Shown here: piece after piece, positions 12,768 through 37,835 of the stretch | Position numbering within the stretch: the stretch's first letter is position 1 | Layout of the letters: every line of letters starts with the position of its first letter | Assembly: GCF_018977255.1 (NCBI RefSeq) | Contig: NW_024704757.1 | Location: 11,842,001-11,906,000, forward strand | Direction of reading: 5' to 3' | DNA length: 64,000 bases | From: Callorhinchus milii | Lineage: Eukaryota | Made by a program: the position numbers and the translations under genes | Notes under the pieces: generated by a model | Databases searched by the model: none | Told to the model about the DNA's origin: nothing | Seen by the model: only the letters and a program-made list of their open reading frames with translations

Positions 12768-13077
12768 ATGCTGAGATCCATTAGGTCTGGGATAAAGAGG
12801 TTCCCTTGGATCACCAATGTCACCCTGTACAGCTGTGTGTTCGGAGCAGGTGATGTGGTCCAGCAGAACCTTTCCAAAGAACGCGAAGCCAAAGTGGACC
12901 TCAAGCAAACCCGAAACATCCTCCTCCTAACCTTCAGTTTTCACGGCAATTTCAATTTCTTGTGGCTCAAGACGCTGGAGAGAATGTTGCCAGGTGTGAC
13001 GATGGGTAACATCGTGAGGAAGGTGTTGTGTGACCAGCTGTTCGCGTCTCCTGTCGCCATCAGTGCCTTCTACGTGG
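12768..13077 (+). CDS. MPV17L: MPV17L coding exon 1
   Basis: ATG after (GA)n; ends TAC GTG G|gtaagg. Confidence 0.92.
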
Positions 13078-15918
13078 GTAAGGTGTTCCGCCAACCTGGG
13101 TGTGAGCAGGGTAGGGCATTGATCACCATCAATAGTGATCTGATCACCAATAAGTACCCAATCTGGGCTGTAGGGCATGGCACATTGTCACTGATCATCC
13201 AAAGCCTCTTCCACAAGCCTGATGGGTCATCCAATCTGGGCAGAGAATAATAATAATAATCCTTGCATTTATAATGCAAATGTAATCCTTGCAAATATAG
13301 TTGCTTATCACGTCTTTGAGATGTCTCAAAGCGCTTTGCAGGATATACTGGAAAGTGTTTTTGAGTGTATTTGTGGGTGAAACGTGTCAGCAAAGAGAAC
13401 GCAGAAATATGAATACCCATCAATATTGGCATTCAGCTGTGTTTAAAAGTTAGTCATTTTGCTACGAAATTTTGAGAAGAGAATCTGACTAAAAGGAAAC
13501 TGAAGTCCGCTGATAAACCAGTCGCAGGCATTACGAATAACGTCTTTGATCATGAAAACAATGTCTATTCATTGAACCATTTATAAAAGCCTGCATTAGT
13601 GCTGAAAATTAAAATGGCCTTTAGGGGGAAATGTATCTGATTGAAATGATTAAGGGTTAACGCAACAAAGACACTTAAGATAATTTACTGACACTGAAAT
13701 CCTCAAACTGAAATAAAAGACAAGAGCGATCTTAGCTGCTTGTTCTGAAATATCTCTAAAGTTTCCTTTCGAACATAGAACAGGAAAGCTTGCCCTATTC
13801 AACACTTTGTCACGTTATCAAATCAAAGCTGACTGTTGAACCTGTAAATCATTCAATTAGTTCTGCACATTCAGGCCAGAAGTAAAAGAGGCACAAACAT
13901 AGCTGCAATGATTTATTCATTACTTGTAAGATTTTATTCATTACAAGTAATGAATAAAATCTTATTTCTTTAATAAGATTTTCTACTTAACTGTTTACTT
14001 TGCTGCTACCTTAACGTAATTTGTAATATGTTTCCTCTCCTCTTCTAGGCAATCAATAAATAATGAATAAAAACTGTTTTTTATTACAAGACACATTACA
14101 AGACATATTTGAAGACACTTGTAACAGCTATCTTTGTGCCTCTTTTACTTCTGGCATTAACCTGTAGAACACAATGGCAATAAGCCATGTGCCAAAGCTG
14201 TGTAACTCAATGCAGCAACGCTAGTAAGGATAACGTAAGTGGGAGGGAACGTTTTCAGAGAAGGATTCAGTCTTCTCTTTCCTTTTTTTATTGTTTATTC
14301 CTTCCCAACGATGCTTTTTTGTTATTGATGTCGTTTAGGTATGAGTGCACTGGAAGGGCAACCAGATATATTTGGAGTCTGCAGAGAAAAGTTCTGGAAC
14401 TCGTACAAGGTAAAAACCGAAGACTGAAAGTTGATCACTTTGCACCTTAGTTTTTGTCAATGTCAGGAGCAGGAGAATGCCAACCTTCTAGTATCAGTTT
14501 AATCAAAGTCTACGGCTCTTTCACACCTGATAATGCAATGTGTCTTTTCCCTTATTATTACGAGTGTGATCGCAATTTCATTTTGGGTAAAAATATAGCC
14601 AAGGAATACTAAGAGCTAATTAATTATTGCAGAAGTGAGGCAAGAGTGCGGTGCAAAATAGGCACCTCAAAGGACTAATGAACTGCTGTGGTTTAATTTA
14701 GGTTACACTACAACATACAGCAGTGTATATCATCTATGTGATGCACAAATTGATTGGCACTTTTGACTCCTATTCTCTGCATTATATCATTGTTCGCTGA
14801 GCTGACATCTAGCTTCGCCCCTTATATTGGGCAGGTGATTTTCTACCTGTTTGGAGGCTGCCCATACCAGTCAGTTACCAACCATTATGCAATGCAATAC
14901 CAGTGGATCAGGTTGACTGAAGTGTGGATAATCTCCATTTACAGGAAACAGCATCTGACTTCCCTTTTTTCAAGGTTGTGATCTGAAATTTAAAGTAGGA
15001 GAGTGGTGAATGGTTGAACAGAAAGTATGAGCTAAACATGTCTTAAAATTGAGAGACTGTAGCGGGTTTTGAGGGGAGTTGCAGTGATATATTTGTTATC
15101 AATATGAATATAATCCATCCTAAACGTGTTCTCGACACATCTGAGTAGTATTGAAGAAATACAAAGGATAATACAATAAAGAGGACAAAACTATTATTGA
15201 AAATTATTCAACTTAATTCCCCTATCAAACTATTTTCTTTTCAGATTGGTGTGGCATATTGGTCTGTCATGCAGGTAAGTTTTCAATATTTCTTTCATAA
15301 GAGTTTATACTTAACGTTTTATTTTGCTGCTACCTTAACCTGGGGACCTGGGTTCGATTCCCGGGTAGGGCAAAACATTGGGCAAGTTTCCTTATTCCAA
15401 ATGCCTCTGTTTATCTACCAGTAAGTAGGAACCTGTTTGTTACTCGATTGGCAGATTGATTTTCTGGGGGACAATAATCCCCTCAAAAAAATAATAATAA
15501 TAATTTGGTCCTCAATCCCCAACTGATTGTGGGACACTGCTGTGCACAGTCAGCTGCCGTGTTTTGCCCACAAAACATACAGTCAATTCACTTTACATTA
15601 CATTATGTGAAGCACTTTGAGATGTCTCAAAAATGTGATAAGGTGCTACATAAAATGCAAGGAATATTGTTATTATTTTATTAAAGTAATGTCTTTCCTC
15701 TCTTCTTCTAGGCAATCAACTTTACCTTTGTGCCACCATATGTAAGGACAGCCTTTGCTGGCTTTTGTTGCNTTTTTTGGGCCATCTTCATGTCGTTTAC
15801 CCAGCAGAGAGGAAATGGCACTGTTTTTGCAAACCTACTTAAACCGGCTAACTCTGGCAGTGAGGGCAAGAAGTTAGAGTCGGAAAATAAAAAGGACAAC
15901 ACTCCACCTATTTCATAA
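12768..15918 (+). CDS. MPV17L: MPV17L (Mpv17-like protein, Mpv17/PMP22 family), ~205 aa; exons 12768-13077, 14339-14409, 15245-15274, 15712-15918
   Basis: PWITNVTLY...AGDVVQQ...[19 protein letters not shown]...KVLCDQ...SAFYVGMS...EKFWNSYK...[14 protein letters not shown]; all junctions GT-AG and in phase; first three exon sizes (310/71/30) match what I recall of the vertebrate gene. Confidence 0.95.
13860..14170. repeat. Inverted-repeat-bounded composite containing a copy of MPV17L intron 3 and the exon 4 junction
   Basis: ~46-bp imperfect inverted arms at 13860-13905 and 14124-14170; internal 18-bp-arm hairpin; copied segment 13963-14056. Confidence 0.85.
14339..14409 (+). CDS. MPV17L: MPV17L coding exon 2
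   Basis: tttag|GT ATG AGT GCA...TAC AAG|gtaaaa. Confidence 0.93.
15245..15274 (+). CDS. MPV17L: MPV17L coding exon 3 (30 nt)
   Basis: tttcag|[10 protein letters not shown]|gtaagt. Confidence 0.92.
15340..15682 (+). mobile_element. 5'-truncated SINE in MPV17L intron 3
   Basis: B box ggttcgattcc, body and tail as in the 3071 copy. Confidence 0.87.
15712..15918 (+). CDS. MPV17L: MPV17L last coding exon
   Basis: tcttctag|GCA ATC AAC TTT...TAA; contains one ambiguous N base (15772). Confidence 0.9.
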   Translation, partial: AINFTFVPPYVRTAFAGFCCXFWAIFMSFTQQRGNGTVFANLLKPANSGSEGKKLESENKKDNTPPIS

Positions 15919-17571
15919 TGTTCCAATAATTCTGCTGCCAATATTGGAATGCGTGTAAAAATTCTGTCAAGTTGTAAAACTATCTGATGACCATAAATTT
16001 GCAAAGGATTGTTGTCTTGTGTAAGTGAACTTTAGTCACACTATTATTTCTGAATATTATGAGGCACATTCAACTTTCACCTGCGGTAACGGCACATTTA
16101 GAGCACGACTTAATCCATGCCGGCAAAGTAAAATGACATGCTCTGATAGAAAAAAAACAGGCATTTTTGGCGGGGGGGGGGTGGGGAGGGGGCAGAGGGA
16201 TTATACGCCCCGGAGATCGATCTGCCAATCGACCAGCAACCGGGTTCCTACTTACTGCCAAGTAAACAGATGCATAAGGAAACCTATCAAAGGTTTCGCC
16301 CCGACAAGTCGATTTGTGCAGAAGGATTCACAGAAACACTGTCAACCATAGGTTCTCATTCTCCAAAAACATTTTCCCTTCAAACACCTGTTTAAGTAGC
16401 ATTAGGGGAACTGATCCGTTCAACGATTGAGTTTAAATAATGAATCATTAATATCGACGACTTCACCACAAACCTGTTCCTAGTACAATTGAATCCCCTT
16501 AACTGTGTTATTTCTTTGTCGGACTGATTCATTATTGTATAATTTTGTAACATTATTAGGAGATATTTGCCTCCTCTTTGACATTGCGTGAAGGAGACAT
16601 TCATTATTTATTAAATTGCGAAGCATCCACGGAAAATTTGACTGCCTATCCCACAAGAGGGAGTCAAGAGCATGCACTCAACTAATACAGTTTGTAAGAA
16701 CCTCCAAATAATACATGATTCTAGGAGTTGCTTAAGTATAAAGTTGAGCAAATTCTAAATCATTAAAATACAGTCCACGCTCGGATCTCTTTTACGTGTA
16801 CTCTGCAGAATAATTGGCATTTGCAGACAAATGTATGAATCAAAGGGCTGTATCTTTTTGGAGGTCTGTTCACCAATGGATTCTCCCAGGAGTCAATTGA
16901 CATTGCTCAATAATCCGGCAAGTTTCTAGTTTAATAAAACAATCGGTGCTTTGTTGGCTAAGGATTTATGCCCGCACACCACTGGCATCAATTCTTTATC
17001 GGGCAAAAATAATCTAACAAAATATACAGCCACTATACTTAAAAGTATATCCTGTGAAGCACTTTGAGACGTCCTCTAATTTGGACGTCCGCCGGACGTG
17101 AAAGGCGCTATACAAATGTAATCTTGTTGTTGTTGTTGTTGAGACGTTTCGAAGACATCATGAGGTGCTATATCAAATGCAAGTATTATTATTATTTCTG
17201 AAAAAAATGATTGCAAATTTACGAGAATTCAGGGCTAAATAATTGAATCATGTTTTATTTTTTGCAACATGTGCCAGATATATGTCTTTTGTTATTTTTT
17301 ATCCGCAATTTAGGTAAGTGTGCACTTCAGTTTTAAATATTGCATAACAATGCACAATGGATGTCACTTACGTTTACAATGTTTACATCGCCAATTGCTG
17401 GAAAATTATTACACATTAATGGTGAGGTTGATATTTGGAGAACTTGTTCCAAATGTCAAGCAAAAGCAAGAACAAATGTGACCTTGTAAATGGATCCAGG
17501 TTAACATTCTCTTTGGTGCTGTTTGGCAGATCACATCTGCAGAATACAGTGAGATACAGTTTACATTTATA

Positions 17572-17920
17572 ATAATAATAATAATCGTTGCAATTGATAC
17601 AGCGCCTTATCACATTGTTGCGACGTCTCAAAGCGCTTCAAAGAATATACTGTAGAGGGAACTGACTGTATATTTTGTGGATGAAATGTGGCAGTCAATT
17701 GCGCACAGCAGTGTCTCACAAACAGTCGTGGATTGAGTGACCAAATTATTATTATTATTATTTTGGAAGGGATTATTGCCGGAAAGCGATCCGCCAATCA
17801 ATTAACAACTGGGTTCCTACTTATTGCTAGGTAAACAGAGGCATGTGGAGTAAGGAAACTATCCTAAGGTCTTACCCTATCCAGGAATCGAACCCAGGTC
17901 CTCTCGCTTGCGAGGCGAGT
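17572..17920 (-). mobile_element. SINE, near full length
   Basis: Reverse complement of the family sequence. Confidence 0.87.
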
Positions 17921-19679
17921 GATTTAAAGACTCGCAAGCGAGAGTATCCGGGTTTGATTCTGGGTATTTCGTGCCTTTCACTATATGAGGACATCTCAAA
18001 CCGCTTAACAGTGCTAAAATATATATAACTGGTAGATGTCAATATCTCTTTGCCTGAATGATGTCACATGTTATATGGGCACGATAAGATATACAATCAC
18101 CTGTAACAGACAATATAAACACGGACACCTCCTCCAACCAGAATATCTGCTCAATTTAACACAGCAGTTAAAACTGACCTAAAAAATCATAAAATCAATA
18201 AGTACCTTATTACAGTTTGAAGTCTCGGGCGATGAATCCAACAATAAAGCACACAATTATAAGCAAACAGTTCTTTATTGACCTGCTGAGTTTGGATGCA
18301 GTTTATTTACCAGGATCTTACCAGGATCAAGAGGACACATCATTGCAGGTTACCCTGACAAATGTGCGCAGTCTCTGTACCTTGATATCTTGTGTTTTAC
18401 TTCGTTATTTCAGTTTTCGTTATTGACATCCCAGATTTCCGTCTGTAAATAATGAAACAACAAAACACCGTCAAATAAGATTGCCAACACAACACCCTCT
18501 ATCCGGTTGCTCCCTCCTGATGCTTGTCAATCAAATGTGCTGCACGGTGCGACTTTAAGTTATACAGACCGGGTGCTGAGAATGAGAGCGCTACACATGG
18601 CTGGATGAGAATAGAGAAAAATCAGACATCATCATCATCATCATAATAATAATAATGCTTGCACTTGATATAGTGCCTTATCACATCATTGAAACGACTC
18701 AAAACGCTTCACAGAATATACTGCAAAGTGGATTTATTGTGTATTTTGTGGGCAGCCAATTGCTCACACACAATCACGGATTGAGTGACCGCATTTTGCT
18801 TTATTGGAGGGATGATTACTCCCGGAAAGCGATCCCGGTTTCTCAGCAGGTCTCTGGAAGGAGATCGAGCCTGTGCGGGTCAGCACAGGGTGACGTCATT
18901 CAAGTGACGGAATTTAAACGTGACAGACACAAAGAGGATGTTCCCAGGCACAAGCCAAGAAATGGGACGAATCAAATGATTTGAACTCACGCACACACAA
19001 AAAAAACTCCAGTGTGAAAACCAAAATAATCAGGCGAGGTTTTTCTTTTCATCCTCGCCTGGATCGATAAAACCCGAAGAAACTGTGGGCCGTAACTCGT
19101 AGAGAAAAAAGACAGCAGATTTGCTTTCAGGCAAAAGTGTGGGGTTTACTGGTGTAAGTACGACTCTGACAAAGCAGTAGGTTAACCGGTGGTGGTGGGG
19201 GTGAGGGTGGAGTGAATCTTGCTTTAAATTAAATTGTACACCTGGTTAAGACCCACTGCTCTTCTGTGGCAATCAAAAAGCTTGGAAATCCAGGATATAG
19301 CTGACCAAATACCACAGCAAAAATGCAATTAGCATCAATCAAGCACCGAAAAGTTATGTTAGAATTAACCTTTTTAAATGATCTGCACAAATGCAGTCAA
19401 TCTTTCGTAAGCTCACGCGGCTTTAGGATCGGAATTTCAAAAGGTGCTTTTTTTTTAAAAAAAAGGAGTTATTCAATGCAGCATTTCTGCTCACTCAGAA
19501 ATTGGTTCCCACCACAATATTTGGAGTTCTCTCATAAAACGTCTTACTTCCGGCCAAAGTGGTAAGGCATGGACACCGATAAGTAACAATAATAATAAAT
19601 CATAATAATCTTTACATGTTATAGCGCCTTATCACATTGCCAAGATGTCTCAAAGGGATTCACAGGATATACCGTAAAG

Positions 19680-19983
19680 TGTATTCGGATGAGACATTAA
19701 ACTGAGGTTCTGTCTGCCTGTTTAGGTGGACATTAAGATCCTATGGCACTATTCGAAAAGAGAAGGAAATTGCTCTCTCCTGGCCAATAAACCCCAAATA
19801 AAATTGGTCACTTGCTTCATGGCTATTTGTGGGACAATGAAGTGGACAAATTGGCTGCTGCGTTTCGCCCACAAAATGCACAGACAATGCACTTTACAGT
19901 ATATGCTGTGAAGCGCTTTGAGACGTCTCGACGACATGATAAGGCGCTAAGTCAAATGCAAGTATTATTATTATTATTATTAT
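19680..19983 (+). mobile_element. Older Deu-SINE body with L2-type tail
   Basis: ggatgagacattaaactgagg...gtggacattaagatcc...aattggctgctgcgtttcgccc...(tta)n. Confidence 0.7.
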
Positions 19984-21160
19984 AAGTGGTGTGACTTTGT
20001 TTATTTTATGGGAGATTGTGGCAGCAAATTTACAAACAGCAATGTCCTGAGTGTTGAAAATACAATCTGGACGATAGATTTTTGTAGAGAGGATTGTAGA
20101 GAGAAGCTTGCAGAGAGCTCTCTGTACTCCAGATCATCAGAACATTGTAATTACCAAGGCATTCGTCCTCATTTACAGTTGCCTCTGGTACATTGTGTTA
20201 TGCCAATCCATGTTCAAATGAAAATCGCATTCTTAAGAGTATGGCCTGGACTTGCATTCGCATCATTAACATTTAATTAACATTCCGAAGTGACTCAGAG
20301 GTTCTCAGTGACTCCTTTCAAAAGAGCCTGAATGAATTCTGAAACAAATAGCTTTCTGAACAGATCTCTCACATTGTTTATTCTGGAACACTCTCCCTCA
20401 ATCCCTCCACCTTGCCCCCTCTCTCCCCTCTTTCAAGTCCCGCCCGAAGACTTTCCTGTTCGACCGCGCTTACGGCCACCTCCCCCCCTCCCCACTGTTC
20501 AGAAAATTAACCAAAAATTGATCCCTGTCTTTGGCAAATGTATTAATAAATAATGACGCACATTTAGTGATCTGACCTGTTTCCTTTGTAGCTATAATGA
20601 GCATTAGTGTTATGGTAGTGCATTTGGAATATACCCAGTGCACTAAAGGGTTTGGGGTATTCTTAAGTGTTCCATGAATTCCTTTGCTTTTTAAAAAAAA
20701 ACACTTTTGCGTTAAGATTTATTGCTGTTTAAGGTCCCTAGTTCCCTTTAATTATTTTTAAAACATCATTCAGAATCCTGGGTTGACAAAGAGAATCAGA
20801 TAAACTACCTGGGCTGCAATAATAAACCTGTTCGGGGTTATATAATAATCCTTCCATTTGCTACAGAGCCTTATCACCGTTGAGATGTCTCACGCGATTT
20901 GCCATGGAAAGCGGAGTGACTATGAATTTTGTAAAGCGACGGGGAAGGAGCTGGAAAGTGGGATCAATATAAAAGGCTTCCATAGATTTACATAGACTGT
21001 GTGGATAAAATTGGTCACTCATTCGATTGTTGTTTGTGGGACACTGCTGTGCGCAACTGGCTTTTATCCACAGAATACACAGTCGATCGACTCTACAGTA
21101 CATTCTGTGAAGTGCTTTGAAACTTCTCAACGATGCGATAAAGCGCTATAGCAAATGCAA

Positions 21161-21210
<50 letters not shown>
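21161..21210 (+). repeat. (TTA)n microsatellite between a SINE tail and a CR1 fragment
   Basis: ~16 TTA units. Confidence 0.9.
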
Positions 21211-21356
21211 CCCCTTCTACTCCCTTCTCCCTGCTGTGTTTATCTAGCTTTCTCTTAAACGCATCCACGCTTTTTCTGATCCAACCACCGCTTGGGGGAA
21301 GCGAGTGCGGAACTCTCACTACCCTCTGCATGAAGAAGTTCCTCCTCAATTCCCTT
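21211..21356 (-). mobile_element. CR1-clade LINE ORF2 C-terminal fragment
   Basis: Minus frame RRNFFMQRVVRV.HSLP...VDAFKRKLDKH resembles the CR1 ORF2 end. Confidence 0.75.
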
Positions 21357-21992
21357 GGATAGATAGAAAGAGAGCGCGAGAGAAAGAGAGAGAAGCCCTA
21401 GTCGTTAACTCATGCTGCGGGTGGCACAGGCAAAGTGGATTTGACGCAGACGGACTGAATCGTGAGTCGATTGAATGGCGGATCGCTTTCCGGGGATAAT
21501 CATTCTTTTAACAGATTTTTTTTTTAAAAAAATTGCTTTTTTAATATAATTTGTTCGCTCTAATTTCTTTGTGGGTCACCCGCCGGGCGCAATCGGCTGC
21601 CGGGCTTCGCCCGCAGAATATACAGTCAATTCACTTCACAGCGTATCCCCTGGAAGGAGTACGATGATGGTGATGATGATGATGATGATTATTATTTATT
21701 ATTTATTGTTATCATTAACACTGGTGATACAGTACCTGATGATGCTGCCTTGCTCCACCCATGTCTCTCTCTCTCTTTTCTCTTCCCACTTTCCTTTCCC
21801 ATGCAGTGGGTGACGTTATATTGGGAGGTGGTTCCCAGCTGAAGAAGCCTGAGCATCAGCATGGAGTGAGTGGAGGAGTGGAGTGAGTGAGTGAGTGAGT
21901 GAATGAATGAATGACACAGACAGACAGACACAGACAGACAGACAGCACCAGGCAAAGCAAGGCACAAGGTAAAGCAGCCAAGCGTTATGGAC

Positions 21993-34290
<12,298 letters not shown>

Positions 34291-34992
34291 TTCTCATCAG
34301 TCGCATTTTTACTCTCACCTCCTGTGAGCGTTTGTAAATGAAAATTGTAGTCAGAATGGATCAGACACACCTGGATGGTAAACAAGGCCAACCAGGCTAC
34401 AACTAAACCACACCGTCCAGTGTTGAAGTGAACCTTTCCTGCCTGCATAGATCACAAGCGCCGCATGCTGCAAAGGAAAGTGCATCACAATTTCCCTCAC
34501 TGTTTAGAACAAGATGTTTTTGTACCCGGCACGTGTGATAAAGTAGTTTGATCAGTGTTCCAAAGTTCACTTAAATTTTCTGTGCGCAGATGTTCCAACA
34601 AGGACCCCCCCCCACCCCAAAGGGACAGCGATCCAAGGTTGCGCTATTCTGATCTGTGAAGTATTTCACGTGCAGCTTCAGGGACACTGTTACAACAGCA
34701 CACAGTTTTAACCTATAAAGAAGGCAACCACTAAACTCCTCAAGTTCTTAAGTGTAATGTGAGCTGTCCTCTAGACAAACATGTCCACAGACAGATTAAT
34801 GTACGATCATCTTACTGTACTGAGTTAGAAGTTCCAAACTAGATTGTTCATGTATTATGGTTAAACGTTGGGTTGTAGGTGAAGATAATATTTCTGGTCT
34901 GACATACCATAAGTTAGTTTGTTAGTAATCATGTTGCACTTGGATCAGGGTTTAAATTCCCCAAGTATAAAAGTTGCATTTGTGTATTTATT

Positions 34993-34998
34993 AATAAA
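34993..34998 (+). terminator. Candidate polyadenylation signal of BMERB1
   Basis: AATAAA ~700 nt after the stop, followed by T/GT-rich sequence. Confidence 0.55.
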
Positions 34999-35355
34999 AT
35001 GTATAAAAACAATATGCTGATATTTTATAATCTTTCTCTGCGTCGGTGTTATTGATCATGTTCCTTCCATTAGTTCCCTTAACCAGACATCAGAGGATAG
35101 TCTTGACTGTTGAAACACGACAATAACTGGACAGTGGTCACAAGCTACCGCAAAGTTTTAATGAAAAGGTTCTGAACAAACTACTTTTTCTTGGGAGTCA
35201 GATTAATTTCCCAAATGAATGCTATGGAAGGAAAGAGTGTGTTTAAGGCACTTGCTCCGTCTTTCTTCTGACTGAAGATCGCTAAATATTTTGCAGCTTG
35301 AATACGTTAGAATAAAAACAAATGCTCCAAACACTGATTTTATGCTTGCTGTGAA

Positions 35356-35361
35356 TTTATT
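35356..35361 (-). terminator. Candidate polyadenylation signal of MARF1
   Basis: tttatt on + (AATAAA on -) at the end of a ~2.2-kb stretch after the MARF1 stop with no SINE/LINE that I could recognise. Confidence 0.55.
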
Positions 35362-37596
35362 GATGGCAAAATAAATGTGGTCCCAACACAGAAGTAGCCA
35401 GCAATTCATAAGCCATTTTTCTGGTTAAATTTTGGTAGAAAGTACATTCACAGGAAAACAAAACAAAGTGCGAGTCTTTGTCACATTTTCAGAAACATTA
35501 AATACTTTAGCCAACATAATGTTTGAAGACTTCAAACAGATGCTTCGACCAGTTTACATCAATCAGTTGTACAAAGCTTATTCAAATTAGTCTACACAAA
35601 TTACCAACATACATTTATCCAGACCTGCATATATAAGCCTCCATTTCAGAGTACTGTAATATTTCATATAGTTTAGACATCACAAAGCCATAAGTCTGCT
35701 CTAAAGCAGAGACCTGCCATAAGTGACTTGCAACTTTCCCGACCAAAAGATTTTAATTCCTTTACTTCGGCTTTTGTTATAAGCAGGAACGAACAGTTGC
35801 CCTGCAATGGTTACTGCACATCAACCGGTTTTGCTTAGCAGTTAAATCGCCTCCATTTGATCAGAATTGTTAAAATTCTCATGTGCTCTGAGGCACAGAT
35901 ATTGAACACTGTGTTTCAAATTCATTTCAGGATTAGAGTTCCAGTTTTAATTTGGAACTGACAGATTAGTTTTTAAATTCCAGTTTTGCTACAAGTTTTA
36001 AAAATGAACATTTTTAACAATTGCAATTTCAAGGCACATGCACATGTTTCAACATGCACCTCACCATGACTCCAAGTCGATAGAGAGAAGAGAAAAAACC
36101 CCACGCGCACACACATCAGTTACTTCCACCTTTTGTTATTAGACACAAACAATCTCTGGCACCAGCGGAGAACTTTTTTTTTAAAAAAAAAGGTTCACTC
36201 TAATCTAGAAAAAAAGATTCATTCTCTACTGGCAAATACAACCCATTGTAAAAGCCAGCTCTGCCCAGAAGGCCCTAAGGGACCGACTGCTACATCGTTC
36301 TCAAATCCTCCAACCTCTCCCTTAAATTCTCATCTCATCTCATCTAAAAATGCAAAAATCCTTTCAACCTTATCCAAGGTCATCACACTGGCACCAACTC
36401 AGACATTTAAGACTTAAAACTTCCAGCAACAACTACTCAAGACAAACACACAGAAATGGAATAAAAGCAACCCACATTAAAAAGACAACCTTCTGAGACG
36501 GTTACTCACATAGCTTCCCAATGAAACACGCTTTTAAGAAACCAAAGCAAGGTTTAACAAAACCTTGACGTTTCAACATGCTCAGGGGATTCAGCTCCAT
36601 TAACTGTCAAGTGGAAATAGCAACTTTTAAACAGCAGTTTCCCCCTTCGCCTGCCTCATGACTTGCGATTTATACAATAAATGCATATTTCACATTGAAT
36701 TGAAAATCACATTGAAAATCACCAATTTCTGCACAGGTGCTGTTAGCTTCCAGCTGAAGCACAGAGTACAGCAGAATGCTAGGGCAATGGCGACTCCAGC
36801 TACTTGATGTACTTCATGAGGTCAGGACGAGGCAAGTGAATAAATCAACTTGCAGCAAAAAAAAATACAACCTAAACCTTATGGGAAGCCCAACGTACGT
36901 CCCAACATACTAGCATTGCTAAGAAGCTCTTCAGTTCCATTCTGCAGCAACAGGACACCGACACCACAACCATTCAACAAGATCTGTTCTGCCACAGACA
37001 GAAGTGAACAAGACTGGAGGTTAGATTATATAGTTACAAGTCACCCAGGTAACATTCTAAACAGTTCAGTTACACTTTTACCCTCTGACTGTACAAGCTG
37101 TATTATTATTCAGCAGGTATTGGATCAAAGTGCAGGATTTTAGCAAAACGTTCTTGTGCATTTTAGTAAAAACCTTCGGAGCTGGATAACTAATATGAAC
37201 AGGCTTTTTAATGCAAGAAACAGCTTTCTTTTACTTTTTTTGTAGAAAAAAAGTCCGCGAAACATGACAAATACCTAAATTATAATAAACTATACACACA
37301 TTTTGGAATAGTATTGATAGTCAAATAAGAATATTGCTCATGTACTGCATCAAATCCAAATGCATTGGGTCAGGCTACAAGCACAGCCAAGTTCTTCTCT
37401 TACTTTTTTAGGGTTATCTTAATTACTGTTTAAATACAGAAGCTGATTTCTAAGATCAAAATGGTGTGCATCTCACTTTGGATTTAAGCACTTGAGAACT
37501 GATTTCCGTGCTTCACTCAAATCTAGTTACGTAATAAAATTGCATCTATGTATCCTATTCCCTCCCTCCCCCCCCACCACCCCATTTTAAACACAT

Positions 37597-37835
37597 TTAA
37601 AGATTGGAAGACGCCAGTGAAAAATTTGCTGCCAACTTCACTTTATTTCTGGGCTTCTTAAGAGGGCTGTCTGTCAGTTCTGCGCACAGGGACTTTGGCT
37701 TGGGCGTTTCCTGGGGCTGGCACATGATAGGAACATTTTCATTTATCGGTTTGACCACATTGTTGCTGCTGAATGCCTCTTCAGTCATTGCCGCAGGAAG
37801 GACAGTCTTCTCCTCCTCTGTCAAGACCAACATAT
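37597..37835 (-). CDS. MARF1: MARF1 last coding exon
   Basis: aaacag|AT ATG TTG...[20 protein letters not shown]. Confidence 0.93.

Noticed and set aside
15772-15772. Possible frameshift or pseudogenisation in MPV17L exon 4
   Set aside because: It is a single ambiguous N next to a T run; the frame stays open and family-like on both sides
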